From contig OZ024743.1 of NCBI GenBank assembly GCA_964016885.1, positions 374,542,001 to 374,606,000 of the forward strand: a stretch of 64,000 bases of DNA, written 5' to 3'. Shown piece by piece: positions 26,836 to 41,413 of this stretch; within the stretch, counting starts at the first letter, position 1; the number at the start of each line of letters is the position of its first letter. The notes below the pieces were generated by a model that was not told the DNA's origin, ran no database searches, and saw nothing but the letters and a program-made list of their open reading frames with translations. A program made the translations under genes and the position numbers. This DNA comes from Eledone cirrhosa (lineage: Eukaryota).

Positions 26836-26879
26836 TTAGCCGACAATGTTTCGTCCTATTAAGGACTCATCAGGGCAAT
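26836..26879 (-). ncRNA. Canonical type I hammerhead ribozyme
   Basis: Minus strand GCC-CTGATGA-GTCCT-TAAT-AGGAC-GAAA-CATTG-TC-GGC, with a GUC cleavage triplet and a textbook core. Confidence 0.9.
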
Positions 26880-28129
26880 CAAAACAACAAGAGGTAATTT
26901 CGGCAGATACAAGCCAGAAACTCTGAAGAATATGGAGTTTACATACACTAATGTCTTACAAAGATATACGATAATAAAAATGAAGATAAAAATAATAAAA
27001 TTATAATAACTAAGGATGTAGATAACATTAAGAACCATATTACAAATATAGTCCAAAGTCGCCAACTTAAATCTAGACAAATTTGGTTATATAGAGCAGG
27101 AATTATATATAACACAGTATAATATATTATAATAATAATATATCTATACCAACACTGCAATTCCAAATCAAAAATCAAAAGGTACAATATATACATGTAT
27201 ATATGTGCGCACACACAGACACACACACACACATATTACAATACACATATCTATTTTCCATTACACAGAAATTAAGCCCTATTGGAAGTTTGAACATCAA
27301 AAATATCAAAAATAAGCATGGTAATAATGAAAATAATGCTAATACATCTAACCAATATACATGAGGCAATAATTACAAGAAACACTTATAATAAATAATA
27401 AACAACAAAATTATATAATACAATACAATATAATAAAGTAGAATATATATAATCTCCGGTTAATTTACAGAAACAATATAGATGTCACAGTGAAATACAA
27501 TGATAAATTGTTAACATTATATTAACAATTACCATAAACAATATGTACAACATGATTCATACTAGGTTACATAATAAATGGGGAAATATCAATCATATAA
27601 TATAATACAATAATACTCAAAAAAACTATATTGGTACAGGGAACAATTATGATGTTACAGAAAAAATATGTTGTTACTATTGTAATATGTAACATTATGG
27701 TATTTAGACTTTACATATCATGTTAGATGTCTATATTTTTTCTGTAACAACATATATGCGGTCGGACCAATGTATGATCGAACTCTCAATTCTTAAAGAA
27801 CGAACGTAACTCCTTAATTCATAAACTACAAAGTATCACGATATCTTTAAAGTTTAGAAGAAGTATGGCACAAAAGACAACGGAGTTTTCACTTTCTTTA
27901 CTGGGAATAAAGTTTGTGTACAAATATTTTAAAAAAGAAATAGACACAAAATACGTACATACTAATATACGTATATACATACATATACATATATATATAC
28001 ATAGATACACACATACATATATACATACATACATACATACATACATACATACATACATAGATAAATACATACATGCATACATACATTTATACATACATAC
28101 ATTTATACATACATACATACATACATACA

Positions 28130-28738
28130 TGGTGGCTGCCAACTCGTCCTCGAGCACGGCCACTACTTTATATCCATGTAGGAGAACTCCTACCGATGCG
28201 CTGAACGAGTGTGACTTTTTAGTCCAGCCAGCGACTTAAAAACTCTGGTACAAACACTACACCTGTGACAATTATTGACACATAGTGCTGGGCCCATGGT
28301 ACCATGTGACGACAAGTGCAGAGAGATCTCCAGATATAAAGCAATGCCTGCGCCGTGAAGCTTTTATAGTGAGCAAAGGCACTGCACAAAGCCAGTCCCA
28401 CTCTCTTAACCAAGATGATATTTACCAAAAAGAAGAACACGTCAACATCATTGGATACCATCAGGGTTGCAGGTGTTATATCAGAGTTTTCCTTCTCCTA
28501 GAATTCTGCCTTGACAAAGGCTAAGGGGTCATCTCTCCCGGTGATTTTGGATGGCCATTGACTCTTAAGAGCTCCTTTGCCCTTTTGACAGGTTTTGTTT
28601 TTAGTCCTGCAGGATGTCCAAAGTCACCCTTCTCACCAAGAAACCTTGGTGGGGTTGCCAGTTTAGTCGCCAACGACCCGACCATGGGACAGGTTGTACT
28701 GGGATACATGTTACCAGTAGCACCAACTGGTGACCTGA
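28130..28738 (-). mobile_element. Family R non-autonomous element, full copy
   Basis: Reverse complement of 3125-3733 with scattered substitutions; embedded in (ATGT)n. Confidence 0.8.
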
Positions 28739-28783
28739 CATACATACATACATACATACATACATACATAAGAAAATACATAC

Positions 28784-28854
<71 letters not shown>

Positions 28855-29158
28855 CTTTCTTACATACATACATATATACATACATACATACATATATACA
28901 CATACATACATACATACATACATACATACATACATACATACATACATACATACATACATGCATACATACATAATATACATAGGTAATAATTCTGTGAGGC
29001 TTTGCTTGTTGCTAGATGATTTGACCACAATTACCTAATCAGTGTATATACGATTGGAGAGATATATGTCTTTCATCACCGGATGGTGAGAACGTGTTAT
29101 TACCTATTATACATCAATTAAACATCTATTCCAAATTCTTTTTAACCCTTAACACACA

Positions 29159-29272
<114 letters not shown>

Positions 29273-29280
29273 TGTGTATG

Positions 29281-29362
<82 letters not shown>

Positions 29363-29447
29363 ACTTTTTCCACCTAGAAGTATGTATTTTTCCTAAATAT
29401 TAATTGCTTTATATATATGTAGAAAATAGTGTATTTCTTAAACGATA

Positions 29448-29557
<110 letters not shown>

Positions 29558-29656
29558 TTTGAATTATCGATTCTCTGGGCAAATGTCCATTGATCTTTTC
29601 AACTGAGAAACACAAGCATCATACATAGTATATATACTGTGATACCTTGAATTAAC

Positions 29657-29706
<50 letters not shown>

Positions 29707-29734
29707 TGATTACCTAAAACGATAATTTGTTATC

Positions 29735-29778
<44 letters not shown>

Positions 29779-30029
29779 CATATACATATAGCCCTTGGTT
29801 GACCAGTGCTTTGCGAGTAACGTTTGTTTAACATGACGTCTTATACGTGTCTATACAGGTTTTAACACTAACGTAATATATTTTCATATTGTAAAAGAGT
29901 ACATTCATATACAAGGGTATATGTGTTTATGTATGTGTGTTTATGTATATGTATCTGAATAAATATAGGCATATATATGTATATGTATATATTATAATTA
30001 TTATTATCATTATCATTACTATTATTATT

Positions 30030-30537
30030 CTTTGAGTGTCAGTCATTGATGTTATTTAACTGGAAAGTTTGTTGAAATGAATATCAAGCCGCTACCTGCA
30101 GCTTCAGATATTCAGGACGTATCGGAGGATTCTTGCTGTTCCCAGGAAGCATGCATTTTGAAGTGTTCCAAAAAAGGGTCCTGGACTAATGTTATTTAAC
30201 CATCTCTGAAAACTCTTTCAGATAGTACCTAGTGCTCCTATGACAATCAGGACGACCTTTATCTCATGAAAAGCCCCAAATCCTGTTTAACTCCCACTTT
30301 AAATCTTGGTATCGGTTAATTTTCTCCTTCTCCTTTTCTTGCACTCTCGTGTCAAAGGGGCAGGCTACACCCACAATCAGGCACGATCTTTTTTACTTGT
30401 CAAAAACCACCAGGTCCATCCTATTGTGTTCTAATTTCTTGTCCGTTTGTATCCAGAAATCCCATAGCACCTTCACCTGATCGTTTCCTATCACCGACTC
30501 TGGCTTATGTTCATACCACTTCTCAGAATGTGGTAAA
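30030..30537 (-). mobile_element. 3' fragment of an R4/Dong-type non-LTR retrotransposon (restriction-like endonuclease domain)
   Basis: KWYEHKPESV...VLWDFWIQTDKKLEHNRMDLVVFDK*...VACPFD...EKINRYQDL...IVIGALG...GTARILRYVL. Flanked on both sides by (TAA)n, the known Dong target. Confidence 0.85.
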
Positions 30538-30560
30538 TTGTTATTATTATTATTATTATT

Positions 30561-33500
30561 GGTCTGTTCGGATGTCTTTTTGCTCGCTCCCAGTAAGTCG
30601 CTTTATTTACCTGTTATAATTATTTGTTGTTTAATTTTTCTTGTTGTGTAAGGGATATAAGCTCTTGGACTTTGCCCTGTGAAGGGGAAAGTTTAATATT
30701 TCGGCCTTTTGCCCCAAATATTTGAACAATATTTGAATATTTTACTTTTAAAAATACAAAAAAACATGGCTGAGCCACGCCCTCAGCAATATGTCTGCTG
30801 TCGTGTGACAACAGCGTAAAAGTTGAGAGGAGGGTTACAGAAATTGATACAACAAACACCACCACAAACAACGTGAACAAAGACAACAACACTGAGAACA
30901 CTAAATTAAAAAAAATTACCACACCATCTACAACAATAACAGCGACAACCAAAATACAGACATCAGAAAAAAATGACAACAAATGCAACAAGAAAATAAA
31001 CAACAACAACACCAACAGCAACAATACAAATTTCACCGAAAACAACAACAACAGTGGCACCAAAAACACAACCAACTACAACAGTGATAACAGCAACAAC
31101 ACCAACAACACCGTTTGTAGCAGTAGTAACAGCAACAGCACCAACAACAAGACCAGTAGCAGCAGTAGCGGCAGCAATAATGGTGCAGCTGAAAAAGGGG
31201 CCACTTCTTTCGCAGGAGTGGTCCGAAATATAGAGACAGTGCTAGTCACGGAGGAGGAGATGGCAGTCGCAAGAGCCATGGTGACAAGAAACGACAATAG
31301 AGTTTCCCTGAAACCTCCACCCGATTTCTTCAAAGACCAGCAGCTGCGCACGATGCCTTACCGCACCGTAAGCAAAATGTCACATCGGGTGGAGAGATCC
31401 ACGGAGGCTCAAAACCCAAAGACCTTGGAGTGAGTCTGGGCGCGCAAAACCCACATCACCCGAGGCAAAAAGTACGCTATAGTAGACGTACTTTTCGCCA
31501 CCACCCCAAGAGGCGAAGTCTCACTCTTTGGAAACCCTAAAGAGTGAGGAGATAGTCTTGGTGCCCTCCTACTGCGGGCAGAACATTGTGAGGGTCAAAG
31601 TGATCCAGGTCCCGCCCGACGTGCCCATGCCATGGCTGGCTGCGTCTGTACTTGCTGGAATCGAGGAGAAGACCACCATACTGCAAATACAGAGAATGGG
31701 AAGAGAGAACTGGTCAGGAATAGGCATGCAAATGCTAATACAAACTGACCAGGAGTGCATCAAGGCCATCTCAGATATCATAGACCTCAAGGAAGGACTC
31801 CAACTCTCTATAAGCGTGGAAGGAAGGTGCCGAAAGTGCTACCTCAGTGGGCAGAAGGGTTGCCTCAGGGCCTTCTGCCCGCAGAAGACAGCTGAGAAGA
31901 GGGCCCCCTCCTTCCGACGCCTGATCCGCTGCTACCAAGAGCAGGGCAGGCAACAGAAGCAGAAGACCCTTCCATGGTGAGTAGGAGGGCAACAGCAGTG
32001 GAACTCATATCCCTCCCAGACGCCACGGAATCCGACATGGAGTATGAGGCGGGAGGGAAATGGCAAACAGTTCGCCACAAAAAAGAAAAAAGAAAAAAAA
32101 CCCTAAGCTTCACTCTCCAAAAGCGAAGGCAAACAAAGAGGGGTAAAGGCTGCAAGGAGGCTTGCAACGACACCACCACCATCAACATCACCACCACAAG
32201 CATAACCAGCAACAACAACCACACCACCACCACCATCACCAAAAACACCAATATCTCAAACACAACAAAGCACACACACCCAACAGCAACAAGAAAACAG
32301 CAACAAAACCACCCCTCCCCCTCAAAAGTACACAGCCATAAACATGGCAAATAAAGAACTCTTACAACATATAAAGCAGTACACAGACATCTCAGACAAA
32401 AATTACTACACCCCACCAACACCAAGAACTCTCCTGAAAAATATAAAGATTATTGAAATCAAAATAGAACATTATAAACTTTTAAAAGAAAAATTCCCCA
32501 GCGCATTTGGAGACTTCAGAAGGTCGGTTACCAAGACGATATACACCGACATCATCTTAGAAACACCCATGACCGGCCAAAGAGACGGTTCAACTGTCTA
32601 TTTCCCACACGATCAGGGTAGGTGATCCTTTCTCACTTACTCCATTCCTCACCCAACATGACCTCACTCAGAATAAGCAGCATAAATGCGCGTGGCTTGG
32701 TGTCGTCATGGAAGCAGGGCCACCTGCTCAACGACCTCAGGTCACTAAACATAGATGTAGTGGCCATCAGCGAGACCAGAATCTCCGAAGCACGAGCCTT
32801 CGCACCGATCTTCGGCGACTACGATGTGTACGCATCTCCCAGCCGTCCGGGATCGGGGGGAGGAGTTGCTGTGCTTTTTCGGAGAGGTTTGGATCTCGCC
32901 ATACGGGCCATCTTCCTGGACCCAGAAGGTAAGTTGGTGGTGCTGGACGTGACCAGCGGAGACGGGCAAGCTTTCAGGCTAGTGGCCGTCTATGCCCCGA
33001 CAGGAGCAGAGCGGCCTGATTTCTTCCGGCGTCTGGAGACCTTTCTTGGAACGTCTCGCTCTTTAGTGTTAGTGGGCGACTGGAACGGAAGGGGATCTTA
33101 GATGCACGCTGGGACTGTGTGGGATTAGCGGATAGGGGAGGAGGGTGCAAGAGTCTCACCAACCTGCTCAGGCGTTTTGAACTATCTGACAGGTACCGAT
33201 TGGATTTTCCGAATGTGCCAATGTGGACTTGGACAAATCGCATAGGGTCATCCAGATCATATCTAGATAGAGTATTTTGTAGGGAAATACATAGGTCTAG
33301 CATAGGCTGTCCACAATTCAAGATAGTCAGCTACACGGACCACAAATTCGTGATCTGTGTGCTTGACTTAGATAGGCCTCATAGAGGAGGACCCGGCTAC
33401 TGGAAGCTAAACGCGTCCTTACCAGCGCGCAAGGCCTACAGAGACCGGATTAGCGAACTAGTTAAGCGGGCGTTGACGGGGGCCATCGTCAACAACAAGT

Positions 33501-36320
33501 GGTGGTTTGCTCTGAAAAGAGCAATTAGAATAGAGTCCATTAGGTTTAGTAAGGCTTTAGCAATAGAGAAAAATAGAGCAGAGGGAGAACTAGTTAGAAA
33601 ATTAGACGAGGCGCTTTGCAAAGGCATCGCGACCGACGTACTTGCGGCGAAATTGGCCCTTGACCAATTCTTCAATGCAAAGCACGAAGGCTGCGTTGTC
33701 AGAGCTAGGGTGCGTGCTCTCAGACACGAGGGGACGAAAGCCGTTCAATGGGCCCGAGTGGCGGAGGCGCGTCGTGGCAACAAAGCCACGATCCGGTCTT
33801 TGGTGAACCACGACGAACACATGCTACTCGATCCCGGGCAAATGTTGTGAAGCTTTTCAGCGGCACTTCGCTCAACTGTTCGGGGGCAGCGGCGGGCCGG
33901 GTCGAGGGATGGACTTTAGTGTCTACCTCGACGGACTGCCGCGGCTCTCGGCCACTGAGGCGGAGTGTTGCGAAAAGCCGATAACAGCCGCTGAAGTACG
34001 GGAGGCAATGACTGGCTGCACAAGGGGTAAATCGCCTGGTTTGGATGGTCTGCCCTATGAACTTTACGTACAGATGCCAGACTTGTTCGGAGGCCTCTTG
34101 GCGGACGTCTACTGCAACTGGCAACAGAACGGGAGAATTCCCAGCTCTGTGAGCCGAGGAGCGGTGGCGCTGCTGAGAAAGGATCCGAACAAGGGAGATA
34201 ACATAGATAATTTCAGGCCCATAACTCTGCTAAACACAGAGTTCAAGATTTTGGCCAAGGTGCTAGCAAAGAGGTTGGCGCTTGTCGTTGGTGGTCTGGT
34301 AGGAGAGGCGCAGACATGCGCCATTCCCGACAGATCCATCCACAACAACCTCCACCTCATGCGATACATCGTAGAGAGGGTAGCTAGGGAACCTGGCACG
34401 GGTGGGTCTTTAATCAATTTAGATCAGTCGAAAGCCTTCGATAGGGTCGACCATCGTTACCTAGCGGCGGTCCTGAGGGCGGCTGGCTTTGGGCCCGTCT
34501 TCAGAAGCTGGATCGCTGCCATGCACAGCGACATCTGCTCTGTAGTGAGAGTGAACGGTCACCTTTCGGAACCGTTCAACATCATGCGCTCGGTCCGCCA
34601 AGGATGTCCCCTCTCGTCCCTATTGTACGTATTGACTCTCGAGCCATTACTGCACAAACTGGAGACGTTGAGGGGGGTCCCGCGCGAACTAGGATGCGGA
34701 AGATCCGTGTTAGCATATGCGGACGATGTCACCGTAGTGGTGTAGAACGCCAAACACATCGAGGCGATCGGCACTACACTAAGAGAATACGAAGCGGTGA
34801 CAGGAGCAATGATCTACCAGGAAAAGTCAGTGGGCCTGCAGCTCAGCACCTGGAGAGGCAGGTCCATGCCGTCCAACAGCGTCGTCGGGCGCTGGACGGA
34901 CGGACCGGTTAAATTGCTAGGGGTCTGGTTCGGTACAGACCTCCAGACAGACAAAAACTGGGACGAGGTGACGAACAGGGTGGCTTCTCTCACCCAGAAA
35001 TGGGCCGAGAGGAAGCTATCCCTGAAAGGTCGAGCGGAGGTGGCTAACGCGTACATCGCGTCCGTCATCTACTACCGCCTGACCGTCGTACCTTGTCTTA
35101 AGCCCCGCCTGACTTCGCTGGAGCGTTTGCTCTTTCGCTTTTTGTGGAAGGGATGCGCTCCGATGGTCAGCCGGTCCATCTGCTGTCAACACCCGCTACG
35201 TGGAGGGCTGGGCATGCCGTGGCTGATGATGCGCAGACACGCGCTCAGGCTACGACATCTCCACCTCTTCCTCGACGGTGATCAGGTGTGGTCGCCGTTT
35301 GCTAGACACGTCTTTCCCCAGCTCGTCTCCTTGATGGAGCTGCAGTCCTGGGTCAAGCGAAGACCGAGAGGGAGCGCTTGGAGACTGGAATGTCTTCAGG
35401 CGCTCACAGCCCTTGACCAATCGGGCAATGTGATCGGTGGAAACTCCAACTTTGGCGTTCTATAGAGGATTAGTGGAGGGGAAGAGCGACGACGTACTCT
35501 AGGCGTCGACGAAAATCAACTAGCCAATCTCTTCAGAAGGACTTTCGGGCCGGGGCCTATGGACAACTTCCAGAAATCCCTGGCCTGGCAGTGCTACCGG
35601 GGAGCTTTGCCAGTTCGGGATAAACTCTACAGGCATGGAGGTGCCGTCAGCCGGGCATGTCCGAGATGCGCACAGGGCGACGAAACCGTCCTGCACGCAC
35701 TCGTCCAGTGTCCGAGCATTGCTGACTTGTGGGTTTATCTCGAACACCTGCTGTCACGTGTAGGACGGATCCGGCTATCAGCTGAGTCCATCGTGAGGAT
35801 TGCCCCGCCCTCTTCCTTTAGCCGGGAAGGGCAGGCAGTTTTTATCTGTCTGGTGGCCATGGCGAAAGAGATAGTATGGTAGACCCGTTTGAAAGGGCTG
35901 AAGACGAGCACTTATCTCTTCGGTGATGCCCTGATTAACTCTTTCAAATTTCATTTGAAAAGGAAAATCAGGGTAGAGAGGGAAGTGCTCTCTTCCCAGC
36001 ATTTTGTTGAAAGATGGGTGAGAGAAGCAAGTATGGCCCGAATGAATGGGCCTTCTCTGAGTATGTGTCTGTAAATTAAAGGTGGAAAACTGGGAGAGGG
36101 CACTTGCCCTGGTGGTCAGGGTCACTGTGGTCTTTTAATGGGCTTTCTCCACAAATGTCCCTCGGAAGTCTCCTCCCTATTGGGGAATTTTTCTTTGTTA
36201 TTTTATTACATCCTCTGTTTTTTTTTACACGCAGAAATGCCCATTTGTACCGTCCTGTATTGTCCTGTACTGTCCTTAATGTCTACTTTATGTAAACCCT
36301 TGTAGTTAATAAAGAAAACA
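30561..36320 (+). mobile_element. Near full-length decayed Tx1/L1-clade LINE (ORF1 ~30766-32625; ORF2 32658-36074)
   Basis: ORF1 has SFAGVV, low-complexity N/T tracts and a degenerate zinc knuckle CYLSGQKGCLRAFC. ORF2 has INARG, SETR, GDWN, YLDR, TDH, KSPGLDG, DQSKAFDRV, RQGCPLS, YADD and CPRC..H..C, with several stops and frameshifts. Ends AATAAAGAAAA. Confidence 0.95.
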
Positions 36321-37689
36321 TTATGTTAACGTGTCTACATTTTATGCTTATTATTTTTATTATTTACTCTCTCCTCGTGAGACCATTGCAGATTGTTTGG
36401 AACATCACAATTACTCAATTACTAAATTGACAATCAACATTCCTAAAATTCACAATTTCATCCTTATGATGTAGAGTGTTTCTGGCTTTTATATTTATTG
36501 TCGGCAAATGCATATTATAATGTTTTCATCCCTAGAATCTGTCTCGGGTCAATAAATGAATGAAAAAAATACGAATGGATCATTGAATGAGTAAATGAAC
36601 AAATGGATTCATTAATGAGGGAATGAAAGAATGAATAAGCGAATGGAAGAATGAAAGGATGAATGAATGATGAATAATAAATGGAAAGAATTTGTTAAAC
36701 TATTTCCAAATGTGATACAAAATAAAAAAAAAAAGAAATTATTTGTAGATTAAAATTACACTCACTGCCATAAGTACATCAATATACACTCTTGACAGGT
36801 GCAATGTGTCCGACACGGAAGACCTCAACTCCCTCCATCTCTCTCGCCCTCCCCATCTCTCTGAATAGTGAGCAAATGAGGTCCCACGTGCTGACCGCCC
36901 CACAGCCCCGGCGGACAGAATAGAGAAGGCGTTTCACCGGAGAATGGTAAGGGAGATGCGCTGGAAGAGCCATTCCATCTCGTATCTTTATTATCGGAAT
37001 TTGACCGTGAGACTTATACGTCTGATGGCATGACTTTTTTCGTTTGTTTAGGCCGTCTGTTTATATTTAACATTGCATTGACATATACGTAACGATTCCA
37101 GTATTATATGTTTACTTTCGGGACATTTCTGTATGAAATGCGTGTACTTTCTACCCAGCTTTGCTTTGTGATGTGTGATGTAGTTTTGCAATTGTTTCTT
37201 GTTTTAAATGCATCGTGAACCGCGATGCGAGTGTTGTAATTATACGGTCCATGTAGCGGTTGAATTCAAGAAGTTTACTGTATTTATGTTTGCAACCATA
37301 TTTATAAATCATTTTATAGGTATTTGTCGCTCGGTCCCTGTTTTATATACTTGCAGGTTTTTTTTTCTGTTAATATGGCAGTTCTTGATTTCGTGTTTAA
37401 AGTAAATCAAGAATATAATTGAGTGTCTGTCTATTCTATAGCTTTTATTCTATAGTTTTTATTACATACAATACACATACTATGTAATTTATGTATTGTT
37501 CATGACTCTAATGTCTGAAGAGTTTGTTGTACTGTATTTATATTTATATTTATCTGTGGCTTGAGCTACTAGTCAGCCCGAATATCAATTGTTAATTAAT
37601 TCTTGATTTATTCTATACAACTGTTTATCCAGTGTTTCGTTTTAATTTGAGAATCTGATGGTCTTTTAAGTAGGTATACTATCTCCAGT

Positions 37690-37962
37690 GAAGGCGCGTG
37701 GTTTTGTGGTTAGGGTATTCAGTTCACAATCGTAATGACGTGAGTTCGATTCCCGCCGGCGCGTTGTGTCCTTGAGCAAGACACCTTTTTCCCCGTTGCT
37801 CCAGTTTACTCAGCTGGAAAAAATGAGCTGTACCTGTTGTTTGAAAGACCAGTCATGTCAGACATTGTGTACGCATGTTTGTGGAATGCTCAGCCACTTG
37901 TACGTTAATTTATCGTTGATCGGATCAACTGGAACACGCGTTGTCGTAACCGACAGAGTGCC
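37690..37962 (+). mobile_element. SINE family B (tRNA head + CORE-like domain)
   Basis: GGCGCGTGG..GTGGTTAGGG (A box), GAGTTCGATTCCC (B box), then TGTGTCCTTGAGCAAGACAC. Confidence 0.82.
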
Positions 37963-38129
37963 TCCTACGTTATGTGGCTGTGTCGCCATGTAGGTATATA
38001 TGTATGTACATCTGATTTTGGTGTATACACATATAATATATCTGTTTTTTTATCAATCCGGATGCTTCTACCAAGAAACAGAGACGTATGTTGAATATAT
38101 TAGTTGTTGAACATTATAGTACGGAGGCA

Positions 38130-38320
38130 AGCGGCGGTGGATTGGCAGTATCGGTAGAGGGTCGGATCCATGCTTTGACGCATAGAGTTACGGCCCTTGC
38201 CATTCTGAGTTCAAATCTCGCTGAGGTTAACTTTACCTTTCATCCTTACGGGGTCGATAAAATAAAGTACCAGTAATGCACTGGGCAATTACTGGCCTTG
38301 TGCCACAAGTAGAAACAATT
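38130..38320 (+). mobile_element. SINE family A copy
   Basis: GGCGGTGGATTGGCAGTATCGGTAGAG ... GAGTTCAAATC ... CATCCTTACGGGGTCGATAAAATAAAGTACCAG. Confidence 0.88.
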
Positions 38321-38498
38321 ATAGTACGGAGTTATCTTGTGTATTTTCCTTTTTCAACGTCTTACATTGTACCAGTTATTATAGCGAGTACATAATACAC
38401 ATGTCTGATGTAAAATATGTTTGTGTTTTCGTTTATATATATAAACGTATACGTATAGAACTCCTCTCTCTTTCCTCTCTTACTCTGTATACATAGGT

Positions 38499-38566
<68 letters not shown>

Positions 38567-38765
38567 GCACACATACACATACACACACACACATATATAT
38601 GCATATGTATATATATATATATGACTGGTTTCAGTCTGGTAGCTATTTCATCGATTTCTCTTTATCGAATCGACAAGGGAATATAAATGGAAAAAACATA
38701 AGTTCTGAGTCCAGTGCAAACATAGCTCACACACACACACATACACAGTACACACACACACACAG

Positions 38766-38799
<34 letters not shown>

Positions 38800-38991
38800 G
38801 TTTCCTCGACTGGAATAAAACAAGTGTAAATGAATAATTCCTGGATATTAATTGTGGTTTATTTGTAGAGAATATAATTTATATGTTGGCTTTCAGCTCA
38901 ACGTAGAGATTCTTGTTTCACAACAGTAGACCTACATGAAGTATATGTTAGTATGAAACGACTAAAGCGAGACCTGATAATAGGGGAGTAC

Positions 38992-39037
38992 GTGGCTCTG
39001 ATGAACGCCAACCAGCGTGAAACAGACTGTCAGCTAC
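38992..39037 (+). ncRNA. Intact type I hammerhead ribozyme followed by the conserved 3' hairpin domain (to ~39150)
   Basis: GTGGCT-CTGATGA-ACGC-CAACCA-GCGT-GAAA-CAGACTG-TC-AGCTAC, with a GUC site. Stem I extends with GGGAG/CTCCC. Confidence 0.9.
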
Positions 39038-39162
39038 TCTCCCTTCTTTCCCCGAAAAGAAGTAAGTGACATAGTCACTACCTTAAACCTGATAGTGAAT
39101 GGTCTTCTAAATGTTTTTAATTAAACATACGGTATATTGGCAAATATACTATACATACATAC

Positions 39163-39194
<32 letters not shown>

Positions 39195-39197
<3 letters not shown>

Positions 39198-39327
39198 AAC
39201 CAGTAAGACCCCGACAGCTGAGCTCAAGCCGTTTCGACGGCTAATTCTGGACTCACTCTACTACCCCAAGTATTGAGTACTTTGGTGCGTTATGGTCCAC
39301 CTGGTTCCTTACCACATTTCCTTCGTT
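39195..39327. repeat. Family F copy with an internal inversion
   Basis: Forward short arm AGGAACCAG...TTCTGGAC is fused to the reverse long arm CACTCTACTACCCC...CTTCGTT. Confidence 0.85.
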
Positions 39328-39407
39328 ATATATATATATATGGCAATTAATCACATCTGAAAATACTTTTCTTTTACATTCTCGTAATTAAAATTTATTC
39401 TCAGACA

Positions 39408-39482
<75 letters not shown>

Positions 39483-39486
<4 letters not shown>

Positions 39487-40508
39487 CACGATAAATTAAC
39501 GGAGGCATAGGCCGTCGTTATTCCCTGTAAATAATGTGCTCAAAGGGGAAGAGATCCTGAGCTCTTTAAAATATAATATGTTGAGAAGGTAACACACCAG
39601 AGAGAGATATATAGTGCGTTATCAATAATACAGGGAAAAAACCACCAGTGTATGGAATCTATAACCTATGAAAGGCAGACTATAGACACGATAATTAAAA
39701 ATATAAATTAAAGCGTAAATAAATACCTCTATAACTATATAACACACGTACAAATCCAAAGATATGTTTCACCAGAAAATTTGTTGAAAGAAATGGTCTA
39801 GTCTCGGTTCATCAGCGTGTGTAAGGCCATACATTTCAGACAACACTAAGAGAATTTTACAATTGACTGTCCAGCTACACGTGGGAGAGAGAAGTCACAG
39901 CGTGTTTAAGGGCAGTGAACCAGTGGCCTCTGAGAGACGAACTGCTAGAAAGGGCAGCCCAAAGCCACTCAGAGAAGTGTGCTCAACCGAACAGAGATAG
40001 GAAAGACTGTTGTTAGGAGCGAAATATCACGATAAATTAACGGAGGCATAGGCCGTCGTTATTCCCTGTAAATAATGTGCTCAAAGGGGAAGAGATCCTG
40101 AGCCCTTTAAAATATAATATGTTGAGAAGGTAACACACCAGAGAGAGATATATAGTGCGTTATCAATAATACAGGGAAAAAACCACCAGTGTATGGAATC
40201 TATAACCTATGAAAGGCAGACTATAGACACGATAATTAAAAATATAAATTAAAGCGTAAATAAATACCTCTATAACTATATAACACACGTACAAATCCAA
40301 AGATATGTTTCACCAGAAAATTTGTTGAAAGAAATGGTCTAGTCTCGGTTCATCAGCGTGTGTAAGGCCATACATTTCAGACAACACTAAGAGAATTTTA
40401 CAATTGACTGTCCAGCTACACGTGGGAGAGAGAAGTCACAGCGTGTTTAAGGGCAGTGAACCAGTGGCCTCTGAGAGACGAACTGCTAGAAAGGGCAGCC
40501 CAAAGCCA

Positions 40509-40510
<2 letters not shown>
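39483..40510 (-). repeat. Partial tandem duplication, 541-bp period, each unit with a hammerhead-like core on the minus strand
   Basis: 39483-40023 repeats at 40024-40510 almost identically. The minus strand has CTGATGA-ACC...GGT-GAAA-CATA-TC (39757-39820, 40298-40361), with weak stems I and III. Confidence 0.9.
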
Positions 40511-40591
<81 letters not shown>

Positions 40592-41124
40592 AATAAAGTT
40601 AAATAAAAGTCAAATGATTAAAATTTAGCTTCGTTTATTACTGCTATATATATTTCAGTGACAGCCATCTTTGGCTGTCACCTCTTCAGGCAGTTTGAAT
40701 TAGTATGGTATAGACAAGTACATATGTTGTTTAGGTGTATAATATTGTCAATACTCTGATATGCCCAGTTCCTTGTTGGGTTGTTAATTCACTGAGGAAC
40801 TGGAGTCATAGCACTCCATCCAGTTCCTCAGTGAATTAACAACCCAACAAGGAACTGGGCATATCAGAGTATTGACAATATTATACACCTAAACAACATA
40901 TGTACTTGTCTATACCATACTAATTCAAACTGCCTGAAGAGGTCACAGCCAAAGATGGCTGTCACTGAAATATATATAGCAGTAATAAACGAAGCTAAAT
41001 TTTAATCATTTGACTTTTATTTAACTTTATTTTACACTACTCCGGAGTAACCAAACCAACCTGCGCACTTCGTCGAGTGCTCCAGCCTGCATACTGAGGT
41101 GTTGGTATACAACCAACATAAACT

Positions 41125-41127
<3 letters not shown>
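40592..41127 (+). mobile_element. Fold-back hammerhead cassette: 213-bp arms, 14-nt loop, ~95-nt tail
   Basis: 40592-40804 pairs with 40819-41031 (one mismatch seen). Hammerhead ACTGC-CTGAAGA-GGT(C/G)ACAGCCA-AAGA-TGGCTGTCACT-GAAA-TATATA-TA-GCAGT at 40929-40983 (+) and 40640-40694 (-). Confidence 0.9.
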
Positions 41128-41197
<70 letters not shown>

Positions 41198-41202
41198 AAT
41201 AA

Positions 41203-41316
<114 letters not shown>

Positions 41317-41376
41317 AAATATATATATATATATATATACATATATACATATATATATACGTGTGTGTGTGTCTAT

Positions 41377-41409
<33 letters not shown>

Positions 41410-41413
<4 letters not shown>

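Noticed and set aside
36779-37000. GC-richer patch, and similar patches at ~50700-51000 and ~51700-52050
   Set aside because: Probably very old retroelement debris, but no recognisable motif supports a call.
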